From Oscillospiraceae bacterium (lineage in GTDB: Bacteria; Bacillota; Clostridia; Saccharofermentanales; Saccharofermentanaceae), in assembly GCA_902780785.1 (NCBI GenBank), contig CACZGS010000010.1:44363-108362 (forward strand): a stretch of DNA of 64,000 nucleotides, written 5' to 3'. Below, piece after piece: positions 34,308-43,340 of the stretch (position 1 is its first letter; the number at the start of each line of letters is the position of its first letter). The translations under genes and the position numbers were made by a program. The notes below the pieces were generated by a model that was not told the DNA's origin, made no database searches, and saw only the letters and a list, made by a program, of their open reading frames with translations.

Positions 34308-34454
34308 ATGACAAGAATCGTTACAATTGAGACAAGAGATCTCGAGAAGTCAGCTAAGGAAGGCGGATGCGGCGAGTGCCAGACATCTTGCCAGTCTGCA
34401 TGCAAGACATCATGCGGTGTTGCTAACCAGCCTTGCGAGCAGCTCAAGAAATAA
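34308..34454 (+). CDS. scfA: SCIFF (six-cysteines-in-forty-five) ribosomal peptide precursor
   Basis: Too short for the ORF track. Hand translation gives MTRIVTIETRDLEKSAKEGGCGECQTSCQSACKTSCGVANQPCEQLKK (48 aa). It has the hallmark GGCGECQTSCQSACKTSC core and a GAGGGAG RBS. Confidence 0.93.
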   Translation: MTRIVTIETRDLEKSAKEGGCGECQTSCQSACKTSCGVANQPCEQLKK

Positions 34455-34477
34455 TCTGAGTTTATCTTGAAACCTGA

Positions 34478-34508
34478 GAGGTCTCATTTTACGTGGGACC
34501 TTTTTTTA
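34478..34508 (+). terminator. Intrinsic terminator/attenuator between SCIFF precursor and maturase
   Basis: The stem pairs 34478-34486 with 34494-34502 and is followed by TTTTTTT (34501-34507). Confidence 0.6.
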
Positions 34509-34526
34509 TGTGAACGGGAGTTATAA

Positions 34527-35909
34527 ATGATCCACTGTTATCAATTTGAAGGTCTGAACATCGTGCTCGACTGCTATTCGGGTTCTATTCACATGGTCGA
34601 CGAGGTCGCCTATGACATGATCCAATGGTATGAGAATGAGCCCGCTGATACAGTTGTTGCCAAGGCAATCGAAAAGCACGGCATCTCAAAAGAGGATGCC
34701 GAGGAATGCATCGCCGACATTGACGACCTTAAGACAGCCGGTAAGCTCTACGCTCCCGACAAATACGAGCACCTGGCCAAGGACTTCAGAAAGAAGAACT
34801 TCAAGATCAAGGCTTTGTGCCTCCACGTTGCCCACACATGCAACCTCAATTGCTCCTACTGCTTCGCGAGCCAGGGCAAGTACCACGGCGAGCGCGCGAT
34901 CATGAGCTATGAGGTCGGTAAAAGGGCAATAGATTTCCTCATCGAGAATTCAGGTTTCCACAAGAACCTTGATATCGACTTCTTCGGCGGCGAGCCCCTT
35001 ATGAACTGGGATGTCGTAAAGCAGCTCGTTGCATACGGAAGAGAGCAGGAAAAGCTCCACAACAAGAATATCCGCTTCACTCTTACGACAAACGGCGTCC
35101 TCTTGGACGATGAGGTAACGGAATTCTGCAACAAGGAAATGCATAACGTCGTCCTTTCTTTGGACGGCCGTAAGGAAGTCAATGACCGCTTCAGAGTCGA
35201 CTATGCCGGCCACGGCTCCTACGACAAGATCGTTCCGAACTTCCAGAAGTTCGTCGCAAAGCGCGGTAACTTAAGCTACTACATGCGCGGCACCTTTACT
35301 CACTTCAACACAGACTTCGTAAACGACATCAAGCAGATGTTGGACCTGGGTTTCACAGAGCTCTCAATGGAGCCTGTTGTTACGGATCCTTCCAGTCCTT
35401 CGGCAATCACGAAGGAAGACCTGCCTGTCGTTTTCGAGCAATACGAAGAGCTCGCAAGACTTATGGTACAGCGCTACAAGGAAGGCAGACCATTTACCTT
35501 CTACCACTACATGCTGGATCTCACATGCGGCCCCTGCATCTATAAGAGGATCGCAGGCTGCGGTGCCGGAACAGAATACCTCGCCGTTACACCTTGGGGC
35601 GATCTCTATCCCTGCCATCAGTTCGTAGGCGATCAGGCATATAAGATGGGTTCTATCTATGAAGGTGTCACGAATCTTGAATATCAGAACAAGTTTGCTT
35701 GCTGCAACGCTTACAGCCGTCCCGAATGCAAGGACTGCTGGGCAAAGCTCTACTGCTCCGGCGGCTGCGCTGCCAATTCCTATCACGCATCAGGCGACAT
35801 CAACGGCATCTATGAGATGGGCTGCGACATCTTCCGCAAGAGGATCGAATGCGCAATAGCGGTCAAGCTCCTCACATCAGGACTGGAACAGCCCGGCGAA
35901 AAGAAATAA
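34527..35909 (+). CDS. scfB: Radical SAM/SPASM thioether-forming SCIFF maturase
   Basis: 460 aa with the radical SAM motif CNLNCSYC and a C-terminal SPASM Cys cluster (CGPC...GCGAG...YPCHQF...CKDCWAKLYCSGGCAANS). It is adjacent to the SCIFF precursor. Confidence 0.92.
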   Translation: MIHCYQFEGLNIVLDCYSGSIHMVDEVAYDMIQWYENEPADTVVAKAIEKHGISKEDAEECIADIDDLKTAGKLYAPDKYEHLAKDFRKKNFKIKALCLHVAHTCNLNCSYCFASQGKYHGERAIMSYEVGKRAIDFLIENSGFHKNLDIDFFGGEPLMNWDVVKQLVAYGREQEKLHNKNIRFTLTTNGVLLDDEVTEFCNKEMHNVVLSLDGRKEVNDRFRVDYAGHGSYDKIVPNFQKFVAKRGNLSYYMRGTFTHFNTDFVNDIKQMLDLGFTELSMEPVVTDPSSPSAITKEDLPVVFEQYEELARLMVQRYKEGRPFTFYHYMLDLTCGPCIYKRIAGCGAGTEYLAVTPWGDLYPCHQFVGDQAYKMGSIYEGVTNLEYQNKFACCNAYSRPECKDCWAKLYCSGGCAANSYHASGDINGIYEMGCDIFRKRIECAIAVKLLTSGLEQPGEKK

Positions 35910-35912
35910 GAC

Positions 35913-35942
35913 AAAGGGTGCTTCAAGGCACCCTTTTTATTT
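35913..35942. terminator. Bidirectional terminator
   Basis: AAAGGGTGC (35913-35921) pairs with GCACCCTTT (35928-35936), followed by TTTATTTT. It sits between convergent genes. Confidence 0.8.
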
Positions 35943-35981
35943 TGGTGTTAGTGAATTTTCACGATAGAAACGATCTTATCT

Positions 35982-36659
35982 TCAGTGAAGAAGATCCGCT
36001 AATGTATCTTCTTTCTCCACAGGCTGCCAATGCCCTTCAACACAGGTGGCAGCACCGGTCGAGCGGATCTTTTCTGCCAGCTCGCCCGCAAGTTTTCTGT
36101 CCTTGACGCCGCTGGTAAATTCCGAGCAGGCAGCGTCACCGACGAAGAGCGTCTTATCTTCGCACACATAAACGAGCGTTGAGTCGTCCGTGTGAGGAGC
36201 CTTCGTCTGTATAAGCTTGACCGTGCATCCGCCCAAGTCGATCGTCATGTCGCCCTCGAAAACAATATCGGCAGGAACAACGATGACTTCCTTGCCGCCT
36301 TCATATTCTTTTCGAATGCTGTCATACATGTTCAGGAACTCGTCAGGACCGTTTGCTTCGATCTTCTTCATGCATTCCAGAAGATACCCGTTCGTACGTT
36401 TATTGGCCATTGTAAGGCCGTTTACGGCATGCATAGCGAATGTGTGATCCCAGTGCCAGTGCGTAATGACCGTAAGCGACGGAAGAGGCAGACCTTCCTT
36501 TTGGAGAAGATCGTAAAACTCCCTGATGTGCCCTTCCGAGTGGCCCGCATCGATCGCGAGGCTCATCTTATCGCCCTTAACGTAGCCCAGATTCGGACGG
36601 TCGCGTTCCTCCTCAAAAGGCATATACCATATATGTTCAGACAGTTTCTTAAGTTCCAT
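35982..36659 (-). CDS. MBL-fold metallo-hydrolase
   Basis: The start is at ATG 36659 (MELKKLSEHIWYMPF) behind GGAGG. The HxHxDH motif reads ITHWHWDHTF. Confidence 0.82.
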   Translation of the reverse strand: MELKKLSEHIWYMPFEEERDRPNLGYVKGDKMSLAIDAGHSEGHIREFYDLLQKEGLPLPSLTVITHWHWDHTFAMHAVNGLTMANKRTNGYLLECMKKIEANGPDEFLNMYDSIRKEYEGGKEVIVVPADIVFEGDMTIDLGGCTVKLIQTKAPHTDDSTLVYVCEDKTLFVGDAACSEFTSGVKDRKLAGELAEKIRSTGAATCVEGHWQPVEKEDTLADLLH

Positions 36660-36663
36660 CTGT

Positions 36664-37110
36664 TTATCCTCCGATGTATTTGGAAAGCGGGACGGTGTTG
36701 CTTTCCTCAACATAGCCGTTCTTCTTGTAGAAGTTATAAGCGGGCACGTCCCTTCCGGTGAGCAGGAAGATCTGCTTTATGCCCATTTCCTTTACGGCCT
36801 TTTCGATCTCTGTCAGGAAGAATGTTCCTGCACCAGTGCCCTGGCGGTCGGTCTTAATGCACAGCTCGTTGATCAGGTATTCCGTGCCTCTGAACCAATG
36901 CTTTATGTCTCCCATCGAGATCCCGATCAACTCGCCGCCGTCGTAAAGTCCGAACGTAAGCGAATAGTCCTGGCCGCAGAGGTCTTCTATGTACAGGTCA
37001 AGCTGCTCACCATCAGACCAGTCGTCGTTCCACGGCTCGCCCGTGAAAACGCCTGTGAAAAGCTCTTTTATGGCTTCTTTATCATTTATCGAAAGTTTCT
37101 TCAGTTCCAT
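36664..37110 (-). CDS. GNAT-family N-acetyltransferase
   Basis: 148 aa with RQGTGAGTFFL (the acetyl-CoA Q/RxxGxG/A motif). Confidence 0.8.
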   Translation of the reverse strand: MELKKLSINDKEAIKELFTGVFTGEPWNDDWSDGEQLDLYIEDLCGQDYSLTFGLYDGGELIGISMGDIKHWFRGTEYLINELCIKTDRQGTGAGTFFLTEIEKAVKEMGIKQIFLLTGRDVPAYNFYKKNGYVEESNTVPLSKYIGG

Positions 37111-37828
37111 TTGTCATCTCCAATGACGCGTTTATTTCCGCAACTGCATCAAGTAATCCGGTCAGATCGCTGATCGTAAGATCCTGTCCGAACTCTTTAT
37201 CCTCGTCAGTACGGTTAATGAGAATTCCCTTGGTTCCGGCATTATGCGCGCACTCAATATCCTTTTGCTCGTCGCCTACAAAGACCAGTTCAGTGGGGTC
37301 TATGTGGAATTCTTCAGCGATCCTTTTAAGTCCGATACCCAGAGGTTTCCTGAACCCAATGTCATTGGACGTGTACGGCAGATCGATAAACTCTATCAGA
37401 TTACCAAGATCTCCCAGCGCATATTCATTATCCATTCCGTATGGGACATCTGACAGCGTCGCGGTCAGAATGTTTTTCGCTTTTAATTCCTTCAAGACCG
37501 CTTCTGCTTCAGGATAGACATCAACGTCTGTTCTGAAAAAAGAATAGAACTCTCTTTTAATCTCATTGACGCGGTTCTTGTCGATCCCCGTCCCTTCAAG
37601 GATCTCAGCAAATATCTCATCTGAAGATGCTTCGGTCTCTCTCGGGTTGATCCTGGTATTGTACCTGGTCAGCACTTTTCCTATGTGCTCGTATTCTTCT
37701 TCCGATATGGCAATGCCTAATTTCTCAGATACGGTCTCAAATGCCGGTCTGTATAACTTTGACCAGTTAAGCGGGATCGGATAAAAAGTTAAGGTCTGTC
37801 CAATATCGAAAACAATTGCTCTGATCAT
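37082..37828 (-). CDS. HAD-superfamily hydrolase (variant motif I)
   Basis: 248 aa. Motif I reads FDIGQT (the second Asp is replaced by Gly) and motif IV reads VGDEQKD. Confidence 0.7.
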   Translation of the reverse strand: MIRAIVFDIGQTLTFYPIPLNWSKLYRPAFETVSEKLGIAISEEEYEHIGKVLTRYNTRINPRETEASSDEIFAEILEGTGIDKNRVNEIKREFYSFFRTDVDVYPEAEAVLKELKAKNILTATLSDVPYGMDNEYALGDLGNLIEFIDLPYTSNDIGFRKPLGIGLKRIAEEFHIDPTELVFVGDEQKDIECAHNAGTKGILINRTDEDKEFGQDLTISDLTGLLDAVAEINASLEMTNGTEETFDK

Positions 37829-37866
37829 ATTCTCTCTTTTCTGTAATAAGGCCCAGAGTCTGTCCT

Positions 37867-38331
37867 CTACCGCTTATGTACGATCCAATTACCGCCCTCA
37901 ACAGTATATTGGAACTCACTGTATTTTTCATTCATCATGACATCTATCAGATCGTGAAAGTCATCCACAAGGTTAACGTTTCCAAGCTCTTCCTTCCTGA
38001 TCCAATGCATCCTGCCTTCATCGGAAGAGATCAACTCACCTTCGTAATCACTCGTTTCATAGAGAAAAACGAGATATCTTCCTTTGGTATAATCACCGTC
38101 TTTCAGCGGGAACTGCTTTACTCCGCAAAGCTTGGGAGAACGTATTGTAAGTCCGGTTTCTTCCTTCATCTCACGGATCACGGCTTCGATTATAGATTCG
38201 CCGGGTTCCACGTGACCTCCGGGAAGTGTATATCCTTTCCAGTCATCACTCACTCGGTCTTGAAGGAGATAACGTTCATCGTCATGGATCAGGCACAGGA
38301 CTGTTAATTCAGTTGTTTCTGTTCTACCCAT
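37867..38331 (-). CDS. NUDIX hydrolase
   Basis: The full Nudix box GGHVEPGESIIEAVIREMKEETGL is present. Confidence 0.88.
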   Translation of the reverse strand: MGRTETTELTVLCLIHDDERYLLQDRVSDDWKGYTLPGGHVEPGESIIEAVIREMKEETGLTIRSPKLCGVKQFPLKDGDYTKGRYLVFLYETSDYEGELISSDEGRMHWIRKEELGNVNLVDDFHDLIDVMMNEKYSEFQYTVEGGNWIVHKR

Positions 38332-38377
38332 GATTACTCCTTTTTCTAAAACACTTTACTAATTCACTGCGTCTGTT

Positions 38378-39277
38378 TTACTGAGGCGCGCTTATTCCGA
38401 AGAACACATAATCGTCCGGATTCTCTTCATCGCCGAACGGCGTCGGAGGCTCGAAATAAGGCGAGTTGTCAGCCATGATCTCGCTTAAGGGTGTGTCGGT
38501 ATCATTTGCCACAAAGACGCACATCAGGATGCCCCTGTAGAATTCAGGCACGATGAAATATGACGTGGTATGAAGCACCAGCTTTTGCTTCAAGAATACG
38601 TAGCCATCCCCTGCACTCTCCGTATTGCTTGAGACGTGCTCCTGGGATCTGAATTCGTAATAACCCAGATGATACTTCTCGCCCTTGTAGAAAACATTGC
38701 CAGTTACTCCGAAGCTGTCGATCTGTGTAGAAAGGTTGATCGCAGGGAATTTCCTGCCGGTATAGTAATCAACAAAGCTTACGTTGTGATACGAGAAAAA
38801 TGACGTATATACGTTGGAAGGCTCTCTGGAATAGATCGGGAATACCTGATCGTACGTTACCTCATAGACTATGTAACCCGGATCATCTTCCAAAGCATAA
38901 GCACGTACGGAAGGCTGGGTTACCGTCGAGATAAAATTCAGGTTCTCATTTATCTGGCTGTTGTTTCTGTCCAGCGCGAAATAGACAAAATAATTGTCGA
39001 CGTCACTGCTTGCCATGCGGAGATTCTGTGTCGCACCCCAGGGCTTATCGATGGGGTCGATATAAAGGTCTTCAAATGTCTCCTTCGCGTCCACGCTGCC
39101 GAGATCATGCGAAGGCTTTCCGTACGGAAGCGTGTATTCTATTTCAGATGTCTCTGATGTTTCCGTAGTCTCTTTCGGCTTCTTGCCGCCTCCGGCTCCG
39201 CCGCCAAAAATGGAGCACGAAGTCAGCGATAATGAAAAAACGGAAATTATGAGAATTGATGCCAAAAGCTTTTTCAT
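38378..39277 (-). CDS. Hypothetical lipoprotein
   Basis: 299 aa with a signal peptide carrying lipobox LTSC. No other motif recognised. Confidence 0.65.
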   Translation of the reverse strand: MKKLLASILIISVFSLSLTSCSIFGGGAGGGKKPKETTETSETSEIEYTLPYGKPSHDLGSVDAKETFEDLYIDPIDKPWGATQNLRMASSDVDNYFVYFALDRNNSQINENLNFISTVTQPSVRAYALEDDPGYIVYEVTYDQVFPIYSREPSNVYTSFFSYHNVSFVDYYTGRKFPAINLSTQIDSFGVTGNVFYKGEKYHLGYYEFRSQEHVSSNTESAGDGYVFLKQKLVLHTTSYFIVPEFYRGILMCVFVANDTDTPLSEIMADNSPYFEPPTPFGDEENPDDYVFFGISAPQ

Positions 39278-39360
39278 ATCTATGTCCTCTAACCTTATTC
39301 CTGTTGTTCCCTTATCGAAATTATATCATCACGCTTTATAACAGGCGAGAAAAACAAAGA

Positions 39361-39392
39361 GGTTGCCACAAAATTGAAGCAACCCCTTTTTT
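39361..39392. terminator. Terminator hairpin downstream of the ABC exporter operon
   Basis: GGTTGC (39361-39366) pairs with GCAACC (39379-39384). T-runs flank it on both strands. Confidence 0.6.
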
Positions 39393-39409
39393 GTTTTCTC
39401 CGCTGCGAG

Positions 39410-39474
39410 AGTAAGTTGTTTTGCGAACGATTCCGCACAAGCGAAGCGCGGAGGACCTAAGTGAGCAAAATAAC
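39410..39474 (-). repeat. REP-like ~60-nt intergenic repeat (copy 1 of 3; inverted relative to the copies at 61890 and 62477)
   Basis: The reverse complement TTTTGCTCACTTAGGTCCTCCGCGCTTCGCTTGTGCGGAATCGTTCGCAAAAC matches 62481-62532 almost base for base. It starts directly after the stop codon of the ABC gene. Confidence 0.8.
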
Positions 39475-41451
39475 TTACTCGAGTTCGAATGCGCCTGTAT
39501 AAAGCTGATAGTACGTACCCTTCTCTGCAATGAGCTGTTCGTGTGAACCGCGCTCGATGATCTTACCGTGATCCAATACCATGATGACATCGGAGTTCAT
39601 GACGGTCGAAAGTCTGTGAGCGATAACGAATACCGTTCTGCCCTCCATGAGTTTGTCCATACCGCGCTGAACGATAGCCTCGGTACGTGTATCGATCGAG
39701 GATGTAGCTTCGTCCAGGATCATTACAGGCGGGTTGGCTACGGCTGCCCTTGCTATAGCAATGAGCTGTCTCTGGCCCTGTGAGAGGTTGGAACCGTTGT
39801 TGTTAAGCATCGTGTTGTAACCGTCAGGGAGACGCTCGATAAAGTCTGCAGCGCCTGCAAGCTTGGCTGCTTCCCTGCACTCTTCATCCGTAGCATCGAG
39901 CTTGCCGTAACGGATATTCTCCATAACGGTGCCCGTGAAAAGATTTGTCTCCTGAAGAACAAGTCCTAAGGATCTTCTCAAATCCTTCTTCTTGATCTTG
40001 TTGACATTGATGCCGTCGTAACGGATCTTACCGTCAGCGATGTCATAGAAACGGTTGATAAGATTCGTGATCGTTGTCTTTCCTGCGCCGGTCGCACCGA
40101 CGAAAGCAACCTTCTGGCCGGGCTTTGCGAAGACGGATACATCGTAAAGGACCTGCTTTTCGGGCACATAGGCAAAGTCAACTTCATTGAGCAGTACGTC
40201 ACCCTTAAGTTCGGTATATGTGATCGTACCGTCTGCCTTATGAGGATGCTTCCATGCCCAGTGACCGGTCTGGTGATCAGCCTCAGTGATCGTGCCGTCA
40301 GAAGCGATATTTGCATTAACGAGCGTTACATAGCCGTCATCTGTCTCAGGCTTTTCATCGAGAAGATCGAAGATCCTCTGGGCACCTGCGCCTGCCATAA
40401 CGATCGCATTCATCTGCATCGTGAGCTGGTTGATATTGCCCATGAACTGCTTGCTTCCGTTAAGGAACGGAACGACGATATCGACGCCCATCGGCAATCC
40501 GGAGAATGAGAAATTGACAACATGCAGAGCTGTCATGATGCCGCCTGCCACAGCGAGGAGAACATAAATGATGTTTCCGATATTGTTGATGATAGGAGCC
40601 AGGATATTCGCATAGGTATTGGCTTTGCCGCTGTCTTCGGCAAGACCGTCATTGAGTTTGTTGAACTCTTCAGTGACCTTGCCCTCGTGGTTAAATACCT
40701 TGACGACCTTCTGACCGTTCATTATCTCCTGAATGTAGCCTTCGGTAGCGGCAACGGCTTTCTGCTGCCTGATAAAGTACTTGGCTGAACCTGCGCCGAC
40801 TTTACCTGTAACGAGCATCATTACAATGATTCCGACGACCATTATCAAAGTGAGCCAGATGCTGTAACGGAGCATCGTAACAAATACCGTGATAACGACG
40901 ACACCCGCTCTGATAATGTTCGGGATGGCCATGGATACGAGCTGTCTTAATGTATCGATATCGTTGGTATAGTGGCTCATGATGTCGCCGTGCTTATGAG
41001 TATCGAAATAGCTTAAAGGCAGTGTCTGCATCTTGTTGAACAGGTCAGTTCTGAGCTTGTGCAGGAACTTCTGCGTCATGTAGGCCATGAGCTGTGAATT
41101 CAGTATGCTTACGACCGCAGCGCCTGCATAGATGCAGATTAGCGGGATCAGGTATGAGACGATCTTAATCTTTGCGTATTCCCAGTCGCCTGATTCCAGA
41201 GTCTCCTCAAGAACCGCCGTGACTTTCTGAAGGAATACCATCGGGAGTGCCGCTGCAACAGCGTTGTAGATATTGAAGATTACGATGACCCACGTGAGGA
41301 CGGGGAACTGCTTGATATACATCTTTACAACGCGCTTGAGGCTTCCCATGGATCCGATGACCTGGGACATCGAAGCCGGGCCTCTGCGTCTTCCGCCGGG
41401 TGCGGGTGCTGCTTCTATCTTTTGCTTGGGAGCATTGGGCTTTTTACTCAT
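39475..41451 (-). CDS. ABC exporter permease/ATPase fusion, subunit with consensus catalytic site but deviant signature (LSQGQ)
   Basis: The start is at ATG 41451 (MSKKPNAP...) behind GGGAGG. Motifs: Walker A GATGAGKTT, Walker B VMILDEATSSID, H-loop IAHRLST. The signature reads LSQGQRQ. Confidence 0.88.
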   Translation of the reverse strand: MSKKPNAPKQKIEAAPAPGGRRRGPASMSQVIGSMGSLKRVVKMYIKQFPVLTWVIVIFNIYNAVAAALPMVFLQKVTAVLEETLESGDWEYAKIKIVSYLIPLICIYAGAAVVSILNSQLMAYMTQKFLHKLRTDLFNKMQTLPLSYFDTHKHGDIMSHYTNDIDTLRQLVSMAIPNIIRAGVVVITVFVTMLRYSIWLTLIMVVGIIVMMLVTGKVGAGSAKYFIRQQKAVAATEGYIQEIMNGQKVVKVFNHEGKVTEEFNKLNDGLAEDSGKANTYANILAPIINNIGNIIYVLLAVAGGIMTALHVVNFSFSGLPMGVDIVVPFLNGSKQFMGNINQLTMQMNAIVMAGAGAQRIFDLLDEKPETDDGYVTLVNANIASDGTITEADHQTGHWAWKHPHKADGTITYTELKGDVLLNEVDFAYVPEKQVLYDVSVFAKPGQKVAFVGATGAGKTTITNLINRFYDIADGKIRYDGINVNKIKKKDLRRSLGLVLQETNLFTGTVMENIRYGKLDATDEECREAAKLAGAADFIERLPDGYNTMLNNNGSNLSQGQRQLIAIARAAVANPPVMILDEATSSIDTRTEAIVQRGMDKLMEGRTVFVIAHRLSTVMNSDVIMVLDHGKIIERGSHEQLIAEKGTYYQLYTGAFELE

Positions 41452-43186
41452 TGTCCGATCCTCCCTTCGTCTGTTCTTCGTAGATCTCACGATAGATCTC
41501 ATTGCTCTTTAAGAGCTCCTCGTGAGTACCGGTACCCATGATCTTGCCGCCGTCCATGATGATGATCATGTCACATTCCTGAACGGAAGCGACTCTCTGG
41601 GCAATAATGATCTTTGTAGTCTCAGGGATATATTCCTTGAATCCCTTTCTTATCAATGCATCTGTTCTGGTATCGACTGCAGATGTGGAGTCGTCCAGGA
41701 TCAGGATCTTCGGGCGCTTCAAAAGCGCTCTTGCAATACAGAGTCTCTGCTTCTGACCGCCTGAGACGTTGGTGCCGCCCTGCTCTATATGAGTATCGAA
41801 TCCTTCCGGGAAGGAAGATACGAACTCATAAGCCTGGGCGATCTTGCATGCCTCAACAAGCTCTTCGTCAGATGCATTCTCATTACCCCATCTGAGGTTC
41901 TCGGCGATCGTTCCGGAGAACAGTTCGTTCTTCTGGAGAACGACCGAGACGGCGTCTCTTAATGTCTTTACGTCATAATCCTTTACGGGTACGCCGCCGA
42001 CTTTTACCTCGCCTTCAGTAACATCGTAAAGTCTCGGGATAAGCTGGATCAGTGTGGTCTTGGATGAACCCGTACCGCCTAAGATTCCGACTGACATTCC
42101 GCTGTCTATGTGAAGGTCGATGTCGAAAAGCGCATTTCTTGCAGCCTTCTCGGAATATTTGAAAGCAACATCCGTGAAATCGATCGAACCGTCCCTGACT
42201 TCCATGACAGGATTCTCGGGATTTGCGATAGAAGGCTTCTCTTCAAGGACCTCAACGATACGCTTGGCTGCCTCTACCGACATCGTGAGCATGACGTATA
42301 TCATTGATACCATCATGAGTGACATGAGGACCATGAAGCCGTATGTCATAAGTGCTGAGATCTGGCCGATATTGATCACGGTGCCGTTGCTCTGGATAGC
42401 CATTTTCGAGCCGACATAAAGAACAAATACAACATTGAAATGCAGGCAGAGTTCCATGAGAGGAGAGTTAAGACCGACGATCTTCTCAGCCTTGGTGAAG
42501 TCCAGTCTGATATTGTCTGAAGCCTTGCCGAACTTGTCCTGCTCGTATTCTTCTCTTGCAAAGCCCTTAACGACGCGCATTCCGCGGACGTTTTCCTCAA
42601 TGGATTCGTTCATCTTGTCGTACTTCTTGAATACGGCGCGGAAAGCAGGCATTGCGAGCTTTCCGATAATGATCAGACCAACAGCAAGAATGGGTACAAC
42701 GATCACGAAAGTCGTAGCAAGCGAACCTCCGAGAACATATGCCATGATGATCGCGAAAGCAAACATCAGAGGCGCTCTTACCGCGATCCTTATCATCATC
42801 ATAAATGCATTCTGGACGGTAGTGATATCTGTCGTCATTCTCGTAACGAGAGATGACGTGGAGAATTTATCGATGTTTCCGAATGAGAATTTCTGGACCT
42901 TGGCGAACATATCGGATCTTAAGTTCCCCGCAAATCCGGCTGATGCCTTGGCAGAGAAATTGCCGGCCAATGCGCCGCAGGTAAGTGACAGGATCGCAGC
43001 TACGGTAATAACACCGCCGATCTTAAGAATGGTGTCCATCCCTGCATTATCCTGGATCATATTAACCATGTACGCAGTGATAAACGGTATTACTACTTCA
43101 AGAATAACTTCTCCGATAATAAAAACGAGCGACAGTACCGTATCCTTCGTATACTGCCGGATAGATTTCATCAGTTTTCGTATCAA
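41444..43186 (-). CDS. ABC exporter permease/ATPase fusion, subunit carrying the degenerate ATP site
   Basis: The likely TTG start at 43186 sits 8 nt after AGGAGG (the ORF is open to 43231). Walker A is GGTGSSKTT and the signature is VSGGQKQR. Walker B is ILILDDSTSAVD (catalytic Glu replaced by Asp) and the H-loop is IAQRVAS (His replaced by Gln). Confidence 0.85.
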   Translation of the reverse strand: MIRKLMKSIRQYTKDTVLSLVFIIGEVILEVVIPFITAYMVNMIQDNAGMDTILKIGGVITVAAILSLTCGALAGNFSAKASAGFAGNLRSDMFAKVQKFSFGNIDKFSTSSLVTRMTTDITTVQNAFMMMIRIAVRAPLMFAFAIIMAYVLGGSLATTFVIVVPILAVGLIIIGKLAMPAFRAVFKKYDKMNESIEENVRGMRVVKGFAREEYEQDKFGKASDNIRLDFTKAEKIVGLNSPLMELCLHFNVVFVLYVGSKMAIQSNGTVINIGQISALMTYGFMVLMSLMMVSMIYVMLTMSVEAAKRIVEVLEEKPSIANPENPVMEVRDGSIDFTDVAFKYSEKAARNALFDIDLHIDSGMSVGILGGTGSSKTTLIQLIPRLYDVTEGEVKVGGVPVKDYDVKTLRDAVSVVLQKNELFSGTIAENLRWGNENASDEELVEACKIAQAYEFVSSFPEGFDTHIEQGGTNVSGGQKQRLCIARALLKRPKILILDDSTSAVDTRTDALIRKGFKEYIPETTKIIIAQRVASVQECDMIIIMDGGKIMGTGTHEELLKSNEIYREIYEEQTKGGSDNE

Positions 43187-43266
43187 GGACTCTTCCTCCT
43201 GCGCATAATCAAACACTTTATTATAGAACACGATGAAAAATATTTGTATTTATTATTTTATTATTT

Positions 43267-43295
43267 TGACGTACTTCCGTTGCGATGATATTATT
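43267..43295 (+). promoter_or_regulatory. Candidate promoter of the acyl-CoA synthetase gene
   Basis: TTGACG (43267-43272), a 17-nt spacer, then TATTAT (43290-43295). Confidence 0.45.
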
Positions 43296-43340
43296 GTCTT
43301 TGGCTTTATTTAGATAAATAGAGCACAAGGGAGGAATAAA

